Shown here: in pieces, positions 10,266-23,195 of the stretch
Position numbering within the stretch: the first letter of the stretch is position 1
Layout of the letters: the number at the start of each line of letters is the position of its first letter
Source: a virus
Taxonomy: Duplodnaviria; Caudoviricetes
Virus record (IMG/VR): IMGVR_UViG_3300022602_000101
Location: 1-60,648 of that record
DNA length: 60,648 nt
Reading direction: 5' to 3' (one strand)
Made by a program: the position numbers and the translations under genes
The notes under the pieces: model-generated
Told to the model about the DNA's origin: nothing
The model's database searches: none
The model's input: the letters and a program-made list of their open reading frames with translations, nothing else

Positions 10266-11675
10266 ATGGATACACAAGACGTTGAAAACGAGCCATTAGT
10301 TGAAAACGAAGTAGTACAGCAAGAGCCACAAGTTGAACTTAGTGAACAAGCGACACCAGAAGAGCTAGGTGTTGGCAAAGTGCAGGCTAATGAACCATTT
10401 AGCCCAATTGATTGGGATAGCAACATTGACAAGATACAAAATGACATTGTTGCTAAGAAACAAAAAGACGAAATAGCAGCAGAAAATGCTAAAGAAGAAG
10501 CTGGCATCAAAGATGATGAGCCAGAAACTAAACCTGCAGAAGAATCAAAAGAGAAAATCAAAGATGAGCAACCAAAAGAAGCCAAAGTTGAGCCAGTCAA
10601 AGAAGAGGTTAAAGAGCCAACCAAGGCAGAAGAAATTGCTGAGATTGCAGAGCTTGAAAAAAAGATCGATCCACATTCCTCACCAAAAACCAAAAAGCTT
10701 TTTAATGAGGTTAAAGGAATCGCTGCAAAAGAACGTGCAGAACGTGAAAAGATTGCTAATGAACTTAAAGCAGCACGTGAAGAGCTAGAGAAAACAAAAA
10801 CAAATGCAGTACCAAAAGAACTGCAAGATGAGCTACAACAGTTACGTGACAAAGTTCGTCAGTTTGATGCAAATGCTGATCCAGCAATTATCAACAAGTA
10901 TGACAATGTTATCACAAGTAACAATGATAGCATTATTAAAACACTTACTGATGCAGGATTGCCACAAGAGCATGCAGAGCGCTTAAAGAAGAGTGGTGTT
11001 ACATTAGCTAATCTAAAACCATATCTTGATACATTAGAAACAGGTAAAGGTGCTGATGGTAAGCAATATGATGCTGATCCTGATACAGCTGAAGCTATTC
11101 GTGAGCGTTTACGTGAAAACATGCGTCTTGGTAAAGACAAGGAACGTGAAATCACTGATTGGCGCAATAATTACGAGCAACGTACTAAAGCACAAGAAGA
11201 GCAACAAAAGGCATCAGTAACTGAAGCAGAAAAACGTCTAGCAAATGAATTTCAAACGCATGTTAGCAAATGGGACTTCTTAAAGAAACCAGCTGATGTG
11301 CTTGATACAGATGCACCAGCAATACGTAAGCAAAAAGAAACAGCTATCAAAGAGTTTAATGAAGTTGCACTTAAGTATGGTGAAACAATCAAGAAGGAAA
11401 CAGCTACAGCACTTGATGCACAAATAGCAGCACGTACTGGTATCTTGTATCGTGATCATATTGCACCAAAATTAGCTAATCAGTTGCAGAATGCTAATAA
11501 GGAAATTGAGACACTAAGAGCACAGATCAATAACATGAAGAAAGCTGGCTCAGTATCAAAGACAATTGGAACATCAAAACCAGCAGCAGCACCTAAGAAA
11601 GAAATAAATATGGGTGATGGTTTTGAAGACCTAATTGATGCAGCAGCAGCAGAAGCATTTAACAACAAAGGTTAA
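10266..11675 (+). CDS. capsid scaffolding protein
   Basis: Acidic E/K-rich disordered N-terminus, long coiled coils, position after the portal. Confidence 0.7.
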   Translation: MDTQDVENEPLVENEVVQQEPQVELSEQATPEELGVGKVQANEPFSPIDWDSNIDKIQNDIVAKKQKDEIAAENAKEEAGIKDDEPETKPAEESKEKIKDEQPKEAKVEPVKEEVKEPTKAEEIAEIAELEKKIDPHSSPKTKKLFNEVKGIAAKERAEREKIANELKAAREELEKTKTNAVPKELQDELQQLRDKVRQFDANADPAIINKYDNVITSNNDSIIKTLTDAGLPQEHAERLKKSGVTLANLKPYLDTLETGKGADGKQYDADPDTAEAIRERLRENMRLGKDKEREITDWRNNYEQRTKAQEEQQKASVTEAEKRLANEFQTHVSKWDFLKKPADVLDTDAPAIRKQKETAIKEFNEVALKYGETIKKETATALDAQIAARTGILYRDHIAPKLANQLQNANKEIETLRAQINNMKKAGSVSKTIGTSKPAAAPKKEINMGDGFEDLIDAAAAEAFNNKG

Positions 11676-12634
11676 TGAGTCTAGACATCAAGAAAGCAGT
11701 AAATGATTTCGTAAACAAATACGGACTTCAGGAATCTGCTGCAATCACAGGCAAATCAGCTAGCACTGTTGCTACATGGAGCCAAAGCAAAAATGTTCCA
11801 TTTGATGCATTACAAGCTATGCTTGAAAAGGAACCAGATATGTTTTTTGGTCATGCAGCACAAGAACCAGAAACATTGGCTCCTTATGAATTTCCTGCTG
11901 GAAAACGTGTGGCAATACTAATGCCTTCAATTCGACCAATACACATTGGTGTATTGAAAGCAATTACCACATTGTATGAGAAAGATAAGATGCAGTTTTA
12001 TACTGTAGCTGACAACTCATATGTGCGTTCAAGGAACAACTGTGCTCAATGGTTCCTTGATAGCAATTGTGATTACTCATTTTGGATAGATGATGACACA
12101 GTTTTGCCACATGGTGATGTTAACTATTACCGCACATTGGCTGAAAATCCTACATTTCCAGTTGGTTTCATTAACATTAATCCAATAGCACGTTTAATGC
12201 AGACCAATCGTACACTTGTTGGTGGTTGCTACTTTGGTCGCAGTTCAACAGGTGTAGCACAATTTAAAGAAGCATATGCATCTAATATCGCAAATGATGC
12301 TGCACATTCAGGTCCACGTAACGCTGTTAATCCAACAGACTGGATCGGCTTTGGTTGCACTTTGGTGCACAGAAAGGTTTTCACAGATATCATCGAAAAA
12401 GTACCTAATATTGCTGTAACGAATACTGCGTATGCACAACGTTTTGGCTATAAGTACAATTTCTTTAATCACATTGATGATGAACATTCTGAGGACACAT
12501 CATTTTGTTACAGAGCAAAACAAGCTGGTCATCAAGCATATGTAGACATGGCAGTGATGCCATTACATTTGGGACCAGTCGGATACACTTACCATAACAC
12601 TAACAAGAAAAAGGCATTCGTGCCATCATACTAA
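11675..12634 (+). CDS. GT-A fold glycosyltransferase with N-terminal Cro-like HTH
   Basis: SRNNCAQWFL...FWIDDD (DxD), WIGFGCTLVHRKVF, SEDTSFCYRA; N-terminal GLQESAAITGKSASTVATW. Confidence 0.75.
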   Translation: MSLDIKKAVNDFVNKYGLQESAAITGKSASTVATWSQSKNVPFDALQAMLEKEPDMFFGHAAQEPETLAPYEFPAGKRVAILMPSIRPIHIGVLKAITTLYEKDKMQFYTVADNSYVRSRNNCAQWFLDSNCDYSFWIDDDTVLPHGDVNYYRTLAENPTFPVGFININPIARLMQTNRTLVGGCYFGRSSTGVAQFKEAYASNIANDAAHSGPRNAVNPTDWIGFGCTLVHRKVFTDIIEKVPNIAVTNTAYAQRFGYKYNFFNHIDDEHSEDTSFCYRAKQAGHQAYVDMAVMPLHLGPVGYTYHNTNKKKAFVPSY

Positions 12635-14034
12635 TGACTAATAAAAAGCCAGCACGCAAATTACTAATAGTTATCAACTATTATGACGGTGATAGATTAA
12701 TGGCAAAGACGTTAGCAGAATTAATTGCTGACTTGGAACCAAAACGTAATGAGAAAGCAGACATATTGTTTTTCAGACGTTATGATGCAGAGCAAATGCC
12801 AAATCTATTAATTGATAAGATGACAGATAAGTTTGAAAAATGTAAGCAGCTAAAATGCAGACGCATGAATGCTGTGGGTTATCCATATGGTCCAAATGAG
12901 ATGTTTTATGATTTGTTGGAACGTATGAATAATCCTGAATGGCAAACAGATTACTATGCGTTCCTAAACATGGAAGCTGACTGTGTTCCACTGTCCCCTG
13001 GGTGGATTGACAGACTGCTTGAAGAGTTTGGTGAAGCATACAATGATGGCAAATTTGCAGTTGGTCATGTTGTGCCAGTCAACCCTGGTCAACACCTGAA
13101 TGGTGCTGCTCTTTACTCCAGTGATTTCTGGCAACGTGCAGGTGGCATGAACATGATTGGTGGACCAGCAGCTTCTGCCTATGACATTTATCATGCTAAC
13201 AGAATCTTACCAATAGCCAAAGATACCAATGCTATGTTAATGGATTTTAATCGTAAAACCATTAGCGAAAGTGATCTTGAAAGTATCCGCAAGAATGGTG
13301 AAAAACCAGTATTCTTACATGGTGTCAAAGATATGTCAGCATTGATTGGCATACGCAATAAGTACATCAAAGGTGGTACAGTTGATTTACCAGTTAAGTT
13401 AAAAACCATCATGACATATTTTGATGTTGATCCAGATAACAATCCTAATGCACAGCAACAAGTATTGGAACTCTGGAAAAAGACATGGACACGTTTTGGT
13501 TATAATCCAGTAGTGTTAACAGAATGGGACGCAACAAAGCATCCTGAGTATCAAGCACTCAAAGCTACATTAAAGAATCTTAAAACAGATGGTAACCGTA
13601 AGACACAGTTAGCTAAGTTTTACAGATGGTTAGCATTTGATTATTCTGGTGCAGGTTTCTACACAGAATATGATGTTTTTCCTAACTCACAGTTTACAAC
13701 CGATGATCTGCCAAAAGCTGAAGCAGTTAATTTCTTAGAAAATGGTGAAATTAGTGCGGTTACAGCTGATCGTGAAGGATTAAAGTTTCTAATAGAAGCT
13801 ATTAGAGAAAATGATTATAGTACCAATCTAAAGATGCCAACAGATAAGGAAATCATCCTTAAAGAATCTGATGCATTCTGGATCCGTAGAACCAATCTTG
13901 TTGGTGCATGGAGCATTGGTCGTTGGGCAGAAAGCCACTTGGTACATTTCTCTTACAAAGCATGTAAGAATGTATCAGGAACTGTTAACAAGATACCAAT
14001 AATTGAGCAGTACTTAAAGACTGTTAATCCTTAA
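12634..14034 (+). CDS. two-domain glycosyltransferase-like protein
   Basis: Domain 1 FLNMEADCVPL...HLNGAALY; domain 2 LELWKKTWTRFGYNPVVL...FYRWLA...YTEYDV. Confidence 0.65.
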   Translation: MTNKKPARKLLIVINYYDGDRLMAKTLAELIADLEPKRNEKADILFFRRYDAEQMPNLLIDKMTDKFEKCKQLKCRRMNAVGYPYGPNEMFYDLLERMNNPEWQTDYYAFLNMEADCVPLSPGWIDRLLEEFGEAYNDGKFAVGHVVPVNPGQHLNGAALYSSDFWQRAGGMNMIGGPAASAYDIYHANRILPIAKDTNAMLMDFNRKTISESDLESIRKNGEKPVFLHGVKDMSALIGIRNKYIKGGTVDLPVKLKTIMTYFDVDPDNNPNAQQQVLELWKKTWTRFGYNPVVLTEWDATKHPEYQALKATLKNLKTDGNRKTQLAKFYRWLAFDYSGAGFYTEYDVFPNSQFTTDDLPKAEAVNFLENGEISAVTADREGLKFLIEAIRENDYSTNLKMPTDKEIILKESDAFWIRRTNLVGAWSIGRWAESHLVHFSYKACKNVSGTVNKIPIIEQYLKTVNP

Positions 14035-14899
14035 GCATTGCTTCAATTTGTTGTCTGTATTCAGGGGTAACACCACGTCTCGACCAAAAGTAACGTATAG
14101 GGTTGATTAAATCACCCTTAACAGGGTTTGTGTCCATGTCATAGATAACTGTGTATGGACGCTCACCAATGGGTTCAAAACGGTCATTACGAGGCATTGG
14201 TTCAAGACCAAATTGTTTCCATTTTGGGTCAGCCCAAAAGGAACCAGGGGTGGGTGCCACAGTGACAATCCTATACTTGTGTGCATCAAACTTCAATATG
14301 AACGCACCCATATCAGGAAACTCTGAGAATGTCTGTGGATACTCATTTCTTTGTAATAATGTGTATGCCGTAAATGGGTAACCATGCAGATCCTCAATGT
14401 GATTCCTGAATCTGCGATACATATCAATTAAGTACACTGCTGGGTGTCTCACCATGCATTCCCATTCACAATCAAAACCAAGGTTGTTTTGTATGTTAGT
14501 GCGCCATTTGATACGATTGGTATGATGCTTAAAATCATCAAAATGCTCTCTAACAAGCAATGGTTTACCATCATGGATAAATGTCTCCATATTGAACGGT
14601 TCGCCAAATATACAGTCTGAATCAATGTGCATTACTGCCTCAGTGCCCTTGGGACACCATAAATCAGCCTCACATTTGGCTATCATGTGGTGTAGGAACT
14701 CTTTACCAGCCATGGGCAAATAATGACGCAAAGTGCAGCCATATTTGTCAGCTAACACTTGGAACATTTCCCTATCACCATATTCCACAACTAAAGTGAT
14801 TCCACTATAACCACTTCCAAACTTCTTAACTGTACGTAAAGTATACTCAGCAAACTCGTAATCCTTACGGTATGTAACCATCATTATTTCGACACGCAT
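14024..14899 (-). CDS. GT-A glycosyltransferase-like protein
   Basis: VTYRKD, KCEADLW, MHIDSDCIF (DxD), FSEF; on the opposite strand within the structural block. Confidence 0.65.
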   Translation of the reverse strand: MRVEIMMVTYRKDYEFAEYTLRTVKKFGSGYSGITLVVEYGDREMFQVLADKYGCTLRHYLPMAGKEFLHHMIAKCEADLWCPKGTEAVMHIDSDCIFGEPFNMETFIHDGKPLLVREHFDDFKHHTNRIKWRTNIQNNLGFDCEWECMVRHPAVYLIDMYRRFRNHIEDLHGYPFTAYTLLQRNEYPQTFSEFPDMGAFILKFDAHKYRIVTVAPTPGSFWADPKWKQFGLEPMPRNDRFEPIGERPYTVIYDMDTNPVKGDLINPIRYFWSRRGVTPEYRQQIEAMLKD

Positions 14900-14928
14900 G
14901 TATCCTAAGTCTATCTATCTTAATAGGA

Positions 14929-14957
14929 TTGCGCCACCGTTAACTTAACCGTATTAT
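14929..14957 (+). promoter_or_regulatory. leaderless-type sigma70 promoter
   Basis: TTGCGC-N17-TATTAT-N6-ATG(14964). Confidence 0.6.
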
Positions 14958-14963
14958 AAAAAC

Positions 14964-15824
14964 ATGGACAATAATTGTATAATCCCACCGACAGTTGCAT
15001 ACCTATTTAAGGGTGTTGTGGGTGCTACAGGTGTATCAGGTCCCCAAGGGCCAATAGGTCCAAATGGTGGCCCATCAGGTCCCAGTGGCCCTACTGGTCC
15101 TCTTGGCCCAACTGGAGCCACAGGAGCAGGTGTTACTGGCCCAACAGGGGCAACTGGAGCCACAGGCTTACAGGGATCAATCGGTTTAACAGGACCTACG
15201 GGTCCAATTGGTGCTACTGGTGCATATGGTCCAACAGGTCCATCTGGTTCAACTGGTGCAACTGGAGCATTAGGACCACAGGGTCCAGCTGGAACAACAG
15301 GCGCTACAGGATTAGTAGGTCATACTGGTGCCACTGGCCCAGCAGGTGGACCAACTGGTGCAACTGGCGCACAGGGTCCGACAGGTCAAACTGGCCCAGT
15401 ACCAACCATATTAGGTCAAACTAACCAGATTAATGTAACATCAACTGGTGCAGTTTATACCATTGGTTTATCAAGCAACATAACTGGACCATTATCATAT
15501 TCTGCCAACATTTTCTCAAATACCGTTAAAACAATGACTTATGGTTCAACAACCAACATTGATTTTAGCCAAGGTGACATGCAGCAAGTACAGTTAACTG
15601 GTGATGTGACATTTACTACATCAAATATTCGCCAAGGACAATCGCTGCTAATCAGAGTAACATCTGATAGTTCAACACGTAATCTTACATTCCCATCAAG
15701 TTGGTCATGGTATCCCTCAAGTGTTGGTGCGCCAACAACAATTGCTCCAACAACCTCATGTTTACTAGCATTGACGGCATGGACAACAAGTGATCTTGGC
15801 ATCTCAGCAGCATGGGCATACTAA
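14964..15824 (+). CDS. collagen-like virion fibre protein
   Basis: Gly-X-Y (GPT/GAT/GPQ) tract followed by a beta-rich C-terminal domain. Confidence 0.85.
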   Translation: MDNNCIIPPTVAYLFKGVVGATGVSGPQGPIGPNGGPSGPSGPTGPLGPTGATGAGVTGPTGATGATGLQGSIGLTGPTGPIGATGAYGPTGPSGSTGATGALGPQGPAGTTGATGLVGHTGATGPAGGPTGATGAQGPTGQTGPVPTILGQTNQINVTSTGAVYTIGLSSNITGPLSYSANIFSNTVKTMTYGSTTNIDFSQGDMQQVQLTGDVTFTTSNIRQGQSLLIRVTSDSSTRNLTFPSSWSWYPSSVGAPTTIAPTTSCLLALTAWTTSDLGISAAWAY

Positions 15825-15825
15825 C

Positions 15826-16188
15826 ATGAAACCATTTAATACAGCATTTGTGGGTACATTAAATGCAGCATTAATGGCTGATGTTAATACAACAACAGCA
15901 TTTGGTGATGTTATTATTTATCATGGTTCAACAGCATGTGTAAGTAATCAAGTATTTGTTACAGCTAATGGTGGTACAACACCATATACATATACATGGT
16001 CATATGTATCAGGTTCATCAACACCAGCTATTAGTAATACATCACCAGCATATGCTGTGTGGTCAGCATCATCATCAATTCCGACCACAATGAATTCAGT
16101 ATGGAATTGCACAGTAACTGATGCACATGGTAAGACAGCAGTAACACCAAATATTGCAATACAACTAATATTTGAATCTAATTTGTAA
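15826..16188 (+). CDS. Ig-like virion accessory protein
   Basis: [14 protein letters not shown]...[11 protein letters not shown] Ig-like signature. Confidence 0.65.
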   Translation: MKPFNTAFVGTLNAALMADVNTTTAFGDVIIYHGSTACVSNQVFVTANGGTTPYTYTWSYVSGSSTPAISNTSPAYAVWSASSSIPTTMNSVWNCTVTDAHGKTAVTPNIAIQLIFESNL

Positions 16189-16210
16189 ACTTTGGAAACT
16201 CTTTGTCCGC

Positions 16211-18754
16211 ATGGCTACTCCCGTAATTAACACAGTAACCCAACCAATCACCACAACTGCCGAAAGCACATTGGGTGCAACGGGTGCAACTGGTCCAATG
16301 GGTCCACAAGGACCAGCAGGTCCAGCTGGTGCTAATGGTAGTGGTGGTAGTGGTAATGGTGGTACAGGTGCAACAGGTCCAACTGGTCCACAAGGAGCAA
16401 CTGGTGCAGGTGCAACAGGTGCGCAGGGACCAACAGGTCCAATTGGTCATACTGGAGCAACAGGACCTGCTGGCGCCACGGGTGCCCCTGGTCCAGCTAG
16501 CACACAAGGCGCCACTGGTTCTACTGGTGTTCAAGGTCCAGCAGGTGCCACTGGTGTTGGTGCATCAGGACCAACAGGACCCACAGGATCAATTGGTCAA
16601 ACAGGTCCAGTCGGACAAACTGGCCCAACAGGAGCTACAGGAACTCAAGGACCAACTGGATCAGTTTGGTATAATGGTGTTGGATACCCAAATCCAACAG
16701 GTGCCAATGGTGACTATTATTTAGATAAATCAAATGGTAATGTTTATCAAAAACAAACAGGTTTATGGAATTCACCAGTAACTAATATTTTTGGTCCAAC
16801 AGGTGCACAAGGAATACAAGGCGCAACTGGTGCAACTGGTGCTGGTGGTAGCGGTGGTGCAACAGGTGCTACAGGTGCCACAGGTTCTGCTGGTATACAA
16901 GGAGCTACAGGATCAACTGGTGTTCAAGGAGCACAGGGAATAACTGGTGTTCAAGGAATTACTGGACCACAAGGTCCCCAAGGTATTAGTGGGCCACAAG
17001 GTGCTCAAGGAATTTCTGGTGCACAAGGACCAAGCGGTAATCAAGGTGCAGTTGGTCCGACTGGTGCGACAGGTGTAACTGGAGCTGTTGGTCCAACAGG
17101 TGCTGCTGGTATTACTGCAGGTACTACTGGACAAAGATTAATAACCGATACAACGAGCGGTTCTGCTATTATAACATGGGGAAATGATCCCATGATTTAT
17201 GCTGAAGATTACAATTTAAAAACAAGCAATACTGCAAGTGATAATAATACCGCATTACAAAACGCAATAAATGCAGCAATGGCAGTAAATGGAACATTAT
17301 TAATACCATCTGGTATTTTTAATATTAGTACATCGATGCAAATAGGAACATCTACTTCGTCGACTTTCAATGGACGCATAAAAATAAAAGGTTGTGGAAA
17401 AAATGTAACTCAATTAGTTCAAACAAGTGCAACAAATGGAATTACATGTTATTTTGGCACTCCAAATTCTTATGATATTGGTTTAGAAATATCAGATTTA
17501 ACAATAATTGGAAACAATGCATCATGTGCTACTGCAATATATATTAATTGTGGATATTCTGGATCTATTGAGAATAGAGATATTATAACTATTAATAATG
17601 TTACTGTAACTGGAGTTTATCCAAGTACAAATGGTTGGACTAATGGTATATGGATATGCAATGGTTGGCATATTAATATAATAAATACTTATGCAGGTGG
17701 TTGTATTGGAAGATTGCCAACTACAAGCGGATTAGGTTCTGGTGCTGGATTCTATTTACAAGATTGCGTTAATTCAAAACTAGTTAATGTTACATCAGAA
17801 TGGTGGGCAAAAGGATATTATTCTCCTAATTTTTATACAAGTGCTTGGGCAAGTGGTTCTAGTTACACAGCTGGAACACTTACTGGTTCTACATTTATTT
17901 ATGCTCCTGACGTTATAGCTTATAATATAGCAAATAATACAGGTTACAGTTATTGGTATGAATGCATACAAAATATAACAAATAGTACGATTGAACCTTG
18001 GTTAGATCCTACTCATTTTGCGCAAAGAGTAGGACCCAATCAAGGAACGCAAATTAATAATTTCATGACGTTAAATACTACAAGTGCTATTTATAGCCAG
18101 CATTCAACAATGTATTTAACTAACTTTTTATTTGATAATGGTAATAATACCAACAGTAATTGGCAAACCATTTATTTAAAAGATCATTTTGGTATTGGTT
18201 ATATTTCTTGTGGGCAAATTTTACAAAATGGTGGAACAAATCAAATTTATATAGATGGTGGAAGTGGTGTTATAATATCCAACGTTGATTTTACACAGCA
18301 AAATACATTAACAGAATCTTCAATTCGTTTAGTTAATAGTGCTTATAATAATTTAATTACTTCATGCGTTTTTGCTTCAGCAGTTGGAATAAAAATAGAC
18401 AATGGATGTACTAATAATATTGCTAGAGCAAATATGAATCCTAATGGGTGCATTGATAATAATGTAAATGCTCCATTAAATTATCTAGGAGATGATGTTG
18501 GATACCAAGGATTGATAACATTAACTGGTGGATCATCAACAGAAGTACATTCTATAGATGTATCTAAATCTGGATTAGGTAGACAACCTGATGGTGTCAC
18601 AATTCAAGTAACTTCTGATCCATCTTTTGGTGCATTATATTACTGGCAAGATACTGGTAATAACAGAAATACCGTAAGAGTAATGTTTTTCTTATGGAAT
18701 GGTGGTACATTACCAAATGCTACTATTCGTTATTCAATGAGATGCGGTCCATAA
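16211..18754 (+). CDS. collagen-stalked tailspike-like protein with pectin-lyase-type beta-helix
   Basis: Collagen tracts, [15 protein letters not shown] knob, [13 protein letters not shown]...LLIPSGIF beta-helix start. Confidence 0.8.
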   Translation: MATPVINTVTQPITTTAESTLGATGATGPMGPQGPAGPAGANGSGGSGNGGTGATGPTGPQGATGAGATGAQGPTGPIGHTGATGPAGATGAPGPASTQGATGSTGVQGPAGATGVGASGPTGPTGSIGQTGPVGQTGPTGATGTQGPTGSVWYNGVGYPNPTGANGDYYLDKSNGNVYQKQTGLWNSPVTNIFGPTGAQGIQGATGATGAGGSGGATGATGATGSAGIQGATGSTGVQGAQGITGVQGITGPQGPQGISGPQGAQGISGAQGPSGNQGAVGPTGATGVTGAVGPTGAAGITAGTTGQRLITDTTSGSAIITWGNDPMIYAEDYNLKTSNTASDNNTALQNAINAAMAVNGTLLIPSGIFNISTSMQIGTSTSSTFNGRIKIKGCGKNVTQLVQTSATNGITCYFGTPNSYDIGLEISDLTIIGNNASCATAIYINCGYSGSIENRDIITINNVTVTGVYPSTNGWTNGIWICNGWHINIINTYAGGCIGRLPTTSGLGSGAGFYLQDCVNSKLVNVTSEWWAKGYYSPNFYTSAWASGSSYTAGTLTGSTFIYAPDVIAYNIANNTGYSYWYECIQNITNSTIEPWLDPTHFAQRVGPNQGTQINNFMTLNTTSAIYSQHSTMYLTNFLFDNGNNTNSNWQTIYLKDHFGIGYISCGQILQNGGTNQIYIDGGSGVIISNVDFTQQNTLTESSIRLVNSAYNNLITSCVFASAVGIKIDNGCTNNIARANMNPNGCIDNNVNAPLNYLGDDVGYQGLITLTGGSSTEVHSIDVSKSGLGRQPDGVTIQVTSDPSFGALYYWQDTGNNRNTVRVMFFLWNGGTLPNATIRYSMRCGP

Positions 18755-18767
18755 CAATTTAAATCAT

Positions 18768-20948
<2,181 letters not shown>

Positions 20949-20951
20949 TAA

Positions 20952-20980
20952 TTGCCCCAAAAGCCCTTAACTGATACCAT
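20952..20980 (+). promoter_or_regulatory. leaderless-type sigma70 promoter
   Basis: TTGCCC-N17-TACCAT-N6-ATG(20987), with an extended TG. Confidence 0.6.
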
Positions 20981-20986
20981 AAAAAT

Positions 20987-21694
20987 ATGTCAAACGGTTG
21001 TAATACATGCTCAGATGGTACTAGTTGGCCAAGTCCCAACTGTGCCCCACCTACCCCTGTAACCACAATTGTAGCTGGTCCACAAGGTCCTAGTGGCCCA
21101 TCTGGTGCTACTGGCCCACAGGGTAACCGTGGGCAACAGGGATCAACTGGCGTCACTGGTCCAACTGGGCCACAAGGACAAATTGGTTTACATGGTATTA
21201 CAGGTGCAACAGGTGCCACTGGCCCTGCAGGTACTAGTTCAATATTAGCTTACTTTACTGGTCATCAATGGAATCCAACATTACCATATAATGGCACAAT
21301 AACATCAATGACTGGAAATCAGATCCTTAACATGGGTCAGATACCATTTTCAAGTGGTGGCTATATATGCGATTTTAAGATACAATTTGCTTGGGTTGGT
21401 GGTGCTGCAACAGCTGGCAGCGGTATTGATGGTGATTTAAATATACAAGTTGGTCTTGGTAACACTGTGGCAACAATCCATTGGGGATTAGCTAACTCAG
21501 CTTCAACAAGTATTGGTGTGGTACAAGGTTACTCACACTCAATACTATTACCATTAACACAAGGTTCTAATATTTACTTATCAACAAGTGCTAATTTCTT
21601 GTTAGTGGGTGCACAGTTGTCTGTGTACAATTATCAAGGAACGGGTACTTACATTATTAACTCCCCAGGGTGGCAGACTGGTGGCAACGATTAA
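20987..21694 (+). CDS. short collagen-like fibre protein
   Basis: Cys-rich N-terminus, short Gly-X-Y tract, beta-rich head. Confidence 0.8.
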   Translation: MSNGCNTCSDGTSWPSPNCAPPTPVTTIVAGPQGPSGPSGATGPQGNRGQQGSTGVTGPTGPQGQIGLHGITGATGATGPAGTSSILAYFTGHQWNPTLPYNGTITSMTGNQILNMGQIPFSSGGYICDFKIQFAWVGGAATAGSGIDGDLNIQVGLGNTVATIHWGLANSASTSIGVVQGYSHSILLPLTQGSNIYLSTSANFLLVGAQLSVYNYQGTGTYIINSPGWQTGGND

Positions 21695-21713
21695 CCTATC
21701 CCCATAAAATATT

Positions 21714-22172
21714 ATGACAGAACAAGAACGCTACGATGAATTCCCAGTGCACATTGAAGTTGGCAAAAAGATGAGCAAAGTTTTGCCCAAAATGACCAGC
21801 TTAGATGAGGTCAAAAAGGGCAAAGAAAAAACATTTTATCCAACACTATACATTAGTGATATCAAGGGACTAGAAAAGCTACCAAAAGAAGGATGTGTAC
21901 TTGTGGACTATGTTCGCAAATCAATGCACATTCATGAAGTAGATGGTGAAGATCCAACATGCTCAGTAGAGCTTGAAATTCGCACAATCTGTCTGCCAGA
22001 AGAGCATGAAGAGACAAATAGTGCAGAAGACCTCGTTGATGATCTCGCCCACAAAGCTGGTGTCACAAAAGGTGGCAAGAACACCAAAGCAATGGAAGAA
22101 GAAGAGGAAGACGAAGAACACGAAGCATACGAAGCAAAATCACAAGCTGAAGAAGACGAAGATAACGAATAA
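21714..22172 (+). CDS. acidic hypothetical protein
   Basis: YPTLYI...VELEIRTI core and poly-Glu tail. Confidence 0.7.
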   Translation: MTEQERYDEFPVHIEVGKKMSKVLPKMTSLDEVKKGKEKTFYPTLYISDIKGLEKLPKEGCVLVDYVRKSMHIHEVDGEDPTCSVELEIRTICLPEEHEETNSAEDLVDDLAHKAGVTKGGKNTKAMEEEEEDEEHEAYEAKSQAEEDEDNE

Positions 22173-22178
22173 TACATC

Positions 22179-23183
22179 ATGCTAACACATGGCCAACCAA
22201 ACCTAGCACCACCAGTTCTTGGCGACATCATTGCTGCTGCCAAGACTCGTGACATATTGGGTATTGATGATAGAGATACTATTATTGATTACATCCAACG
22301 TGCCATTGATATGGTGTCATGGAAAACCAATTGGGACCCATATTTGGGACAAATGGATATATGCTGTGATTGCAATGGTGTGGTTACTGTACCAAGTGAA
22401 GTTGGTACAATATTGGCATGTAATGTTGGTGGATTTCCTGCACAGTTTAGAAATTCATGGTTTCAGTACCACATTAATGGCCCTGGGACCGAGTGGGGTG
22501 CAGGCACCGCTGGTGGCTATGGTGGTGTAGGACCTGACACTGGTTACGTTTGGGATGATCGTGGCAAATATGCTACCTTTCAAGATCCAAAGGGTTGGTC
22601 CTATCTTGCAGCTATTGTTGAGAATCCAGCTGATGGCCAAGGCAATCTCAGCATTGAAGTTCATGGCGACACCATGGACTCTAATTACAATACCAAGTTT
22701 GATATTGTTCAAATACCATTACTCAATGGTTATGCATCAACTGATTCAGCTGCTACACAATTTAAAACAATCACAAGAGTCATTAAGCCAGTAACACAAG
22801 GTTATGTGAAGCTTATTGCATTTGCTGGTGTACAAGGTGGAGCTGGTGAAACACTTGGTTATTATGCACCAGAGGAAACACAACCACAATACAGACGCAT
22901 ACGTGTTAATGCAGCATGTAAGTGGGTACGCATCATGTACAGACGTGCCGAGATAAAACTTGTTAATGATAATGATTTGGTACCATTCCCATCAAAACAA
23001 GCAATGTTGCTATTGCTGAAGAGCATACGTTTATGGGAAACAAACAATACTGATCTTGGACAGACATATGAGAACAAAGCGTTTCAGTTGTTGCTAGAAC
23101 AACAATTGATACAAGATGGTCCAGCTAACTTTAAGCTGCAAATTGAACCAGGTTGGGGCATGGACTGCACCGACTACCGTTAA
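22179..23183 (+). CDS. head-tail adaptor / tail tubular protein A-like
   Basis: Size, helical ends and position before the large beta-rich tail protein. Confidence 0.55.
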   Translation: MLTHGQPNLAPPVLGDIIAAAKTRDILGIDDRDTIIDYIQRAIDMVSWKTNWDPYLGQMDICCDCNGVVTVPSEVGTILACNVGGFPAQFRNSWFQYHINGPGTEWGAGTAGGYGGVGPDTGYVWDDRGKYATFQDPKGWSYLAAIVENPADGQGNLSIEVHGDTMDSNYNTKFDIVQIPLLNGYASTDSAATQFKTITRVIKPVTQGYVKLIAFAGVQGGAGETLGYYAPEETQPQYRRIRVNAACKWVRIMYRRAEIKLVNDNDLVPFPSKQAMLLLLKSIRLWETNNTDLGQTYENKAFQLLLEQQLIQDGPANFKLQIEPGWGMDCTDYR

Positions 23184-23195
23184 TAATCAATTCAC

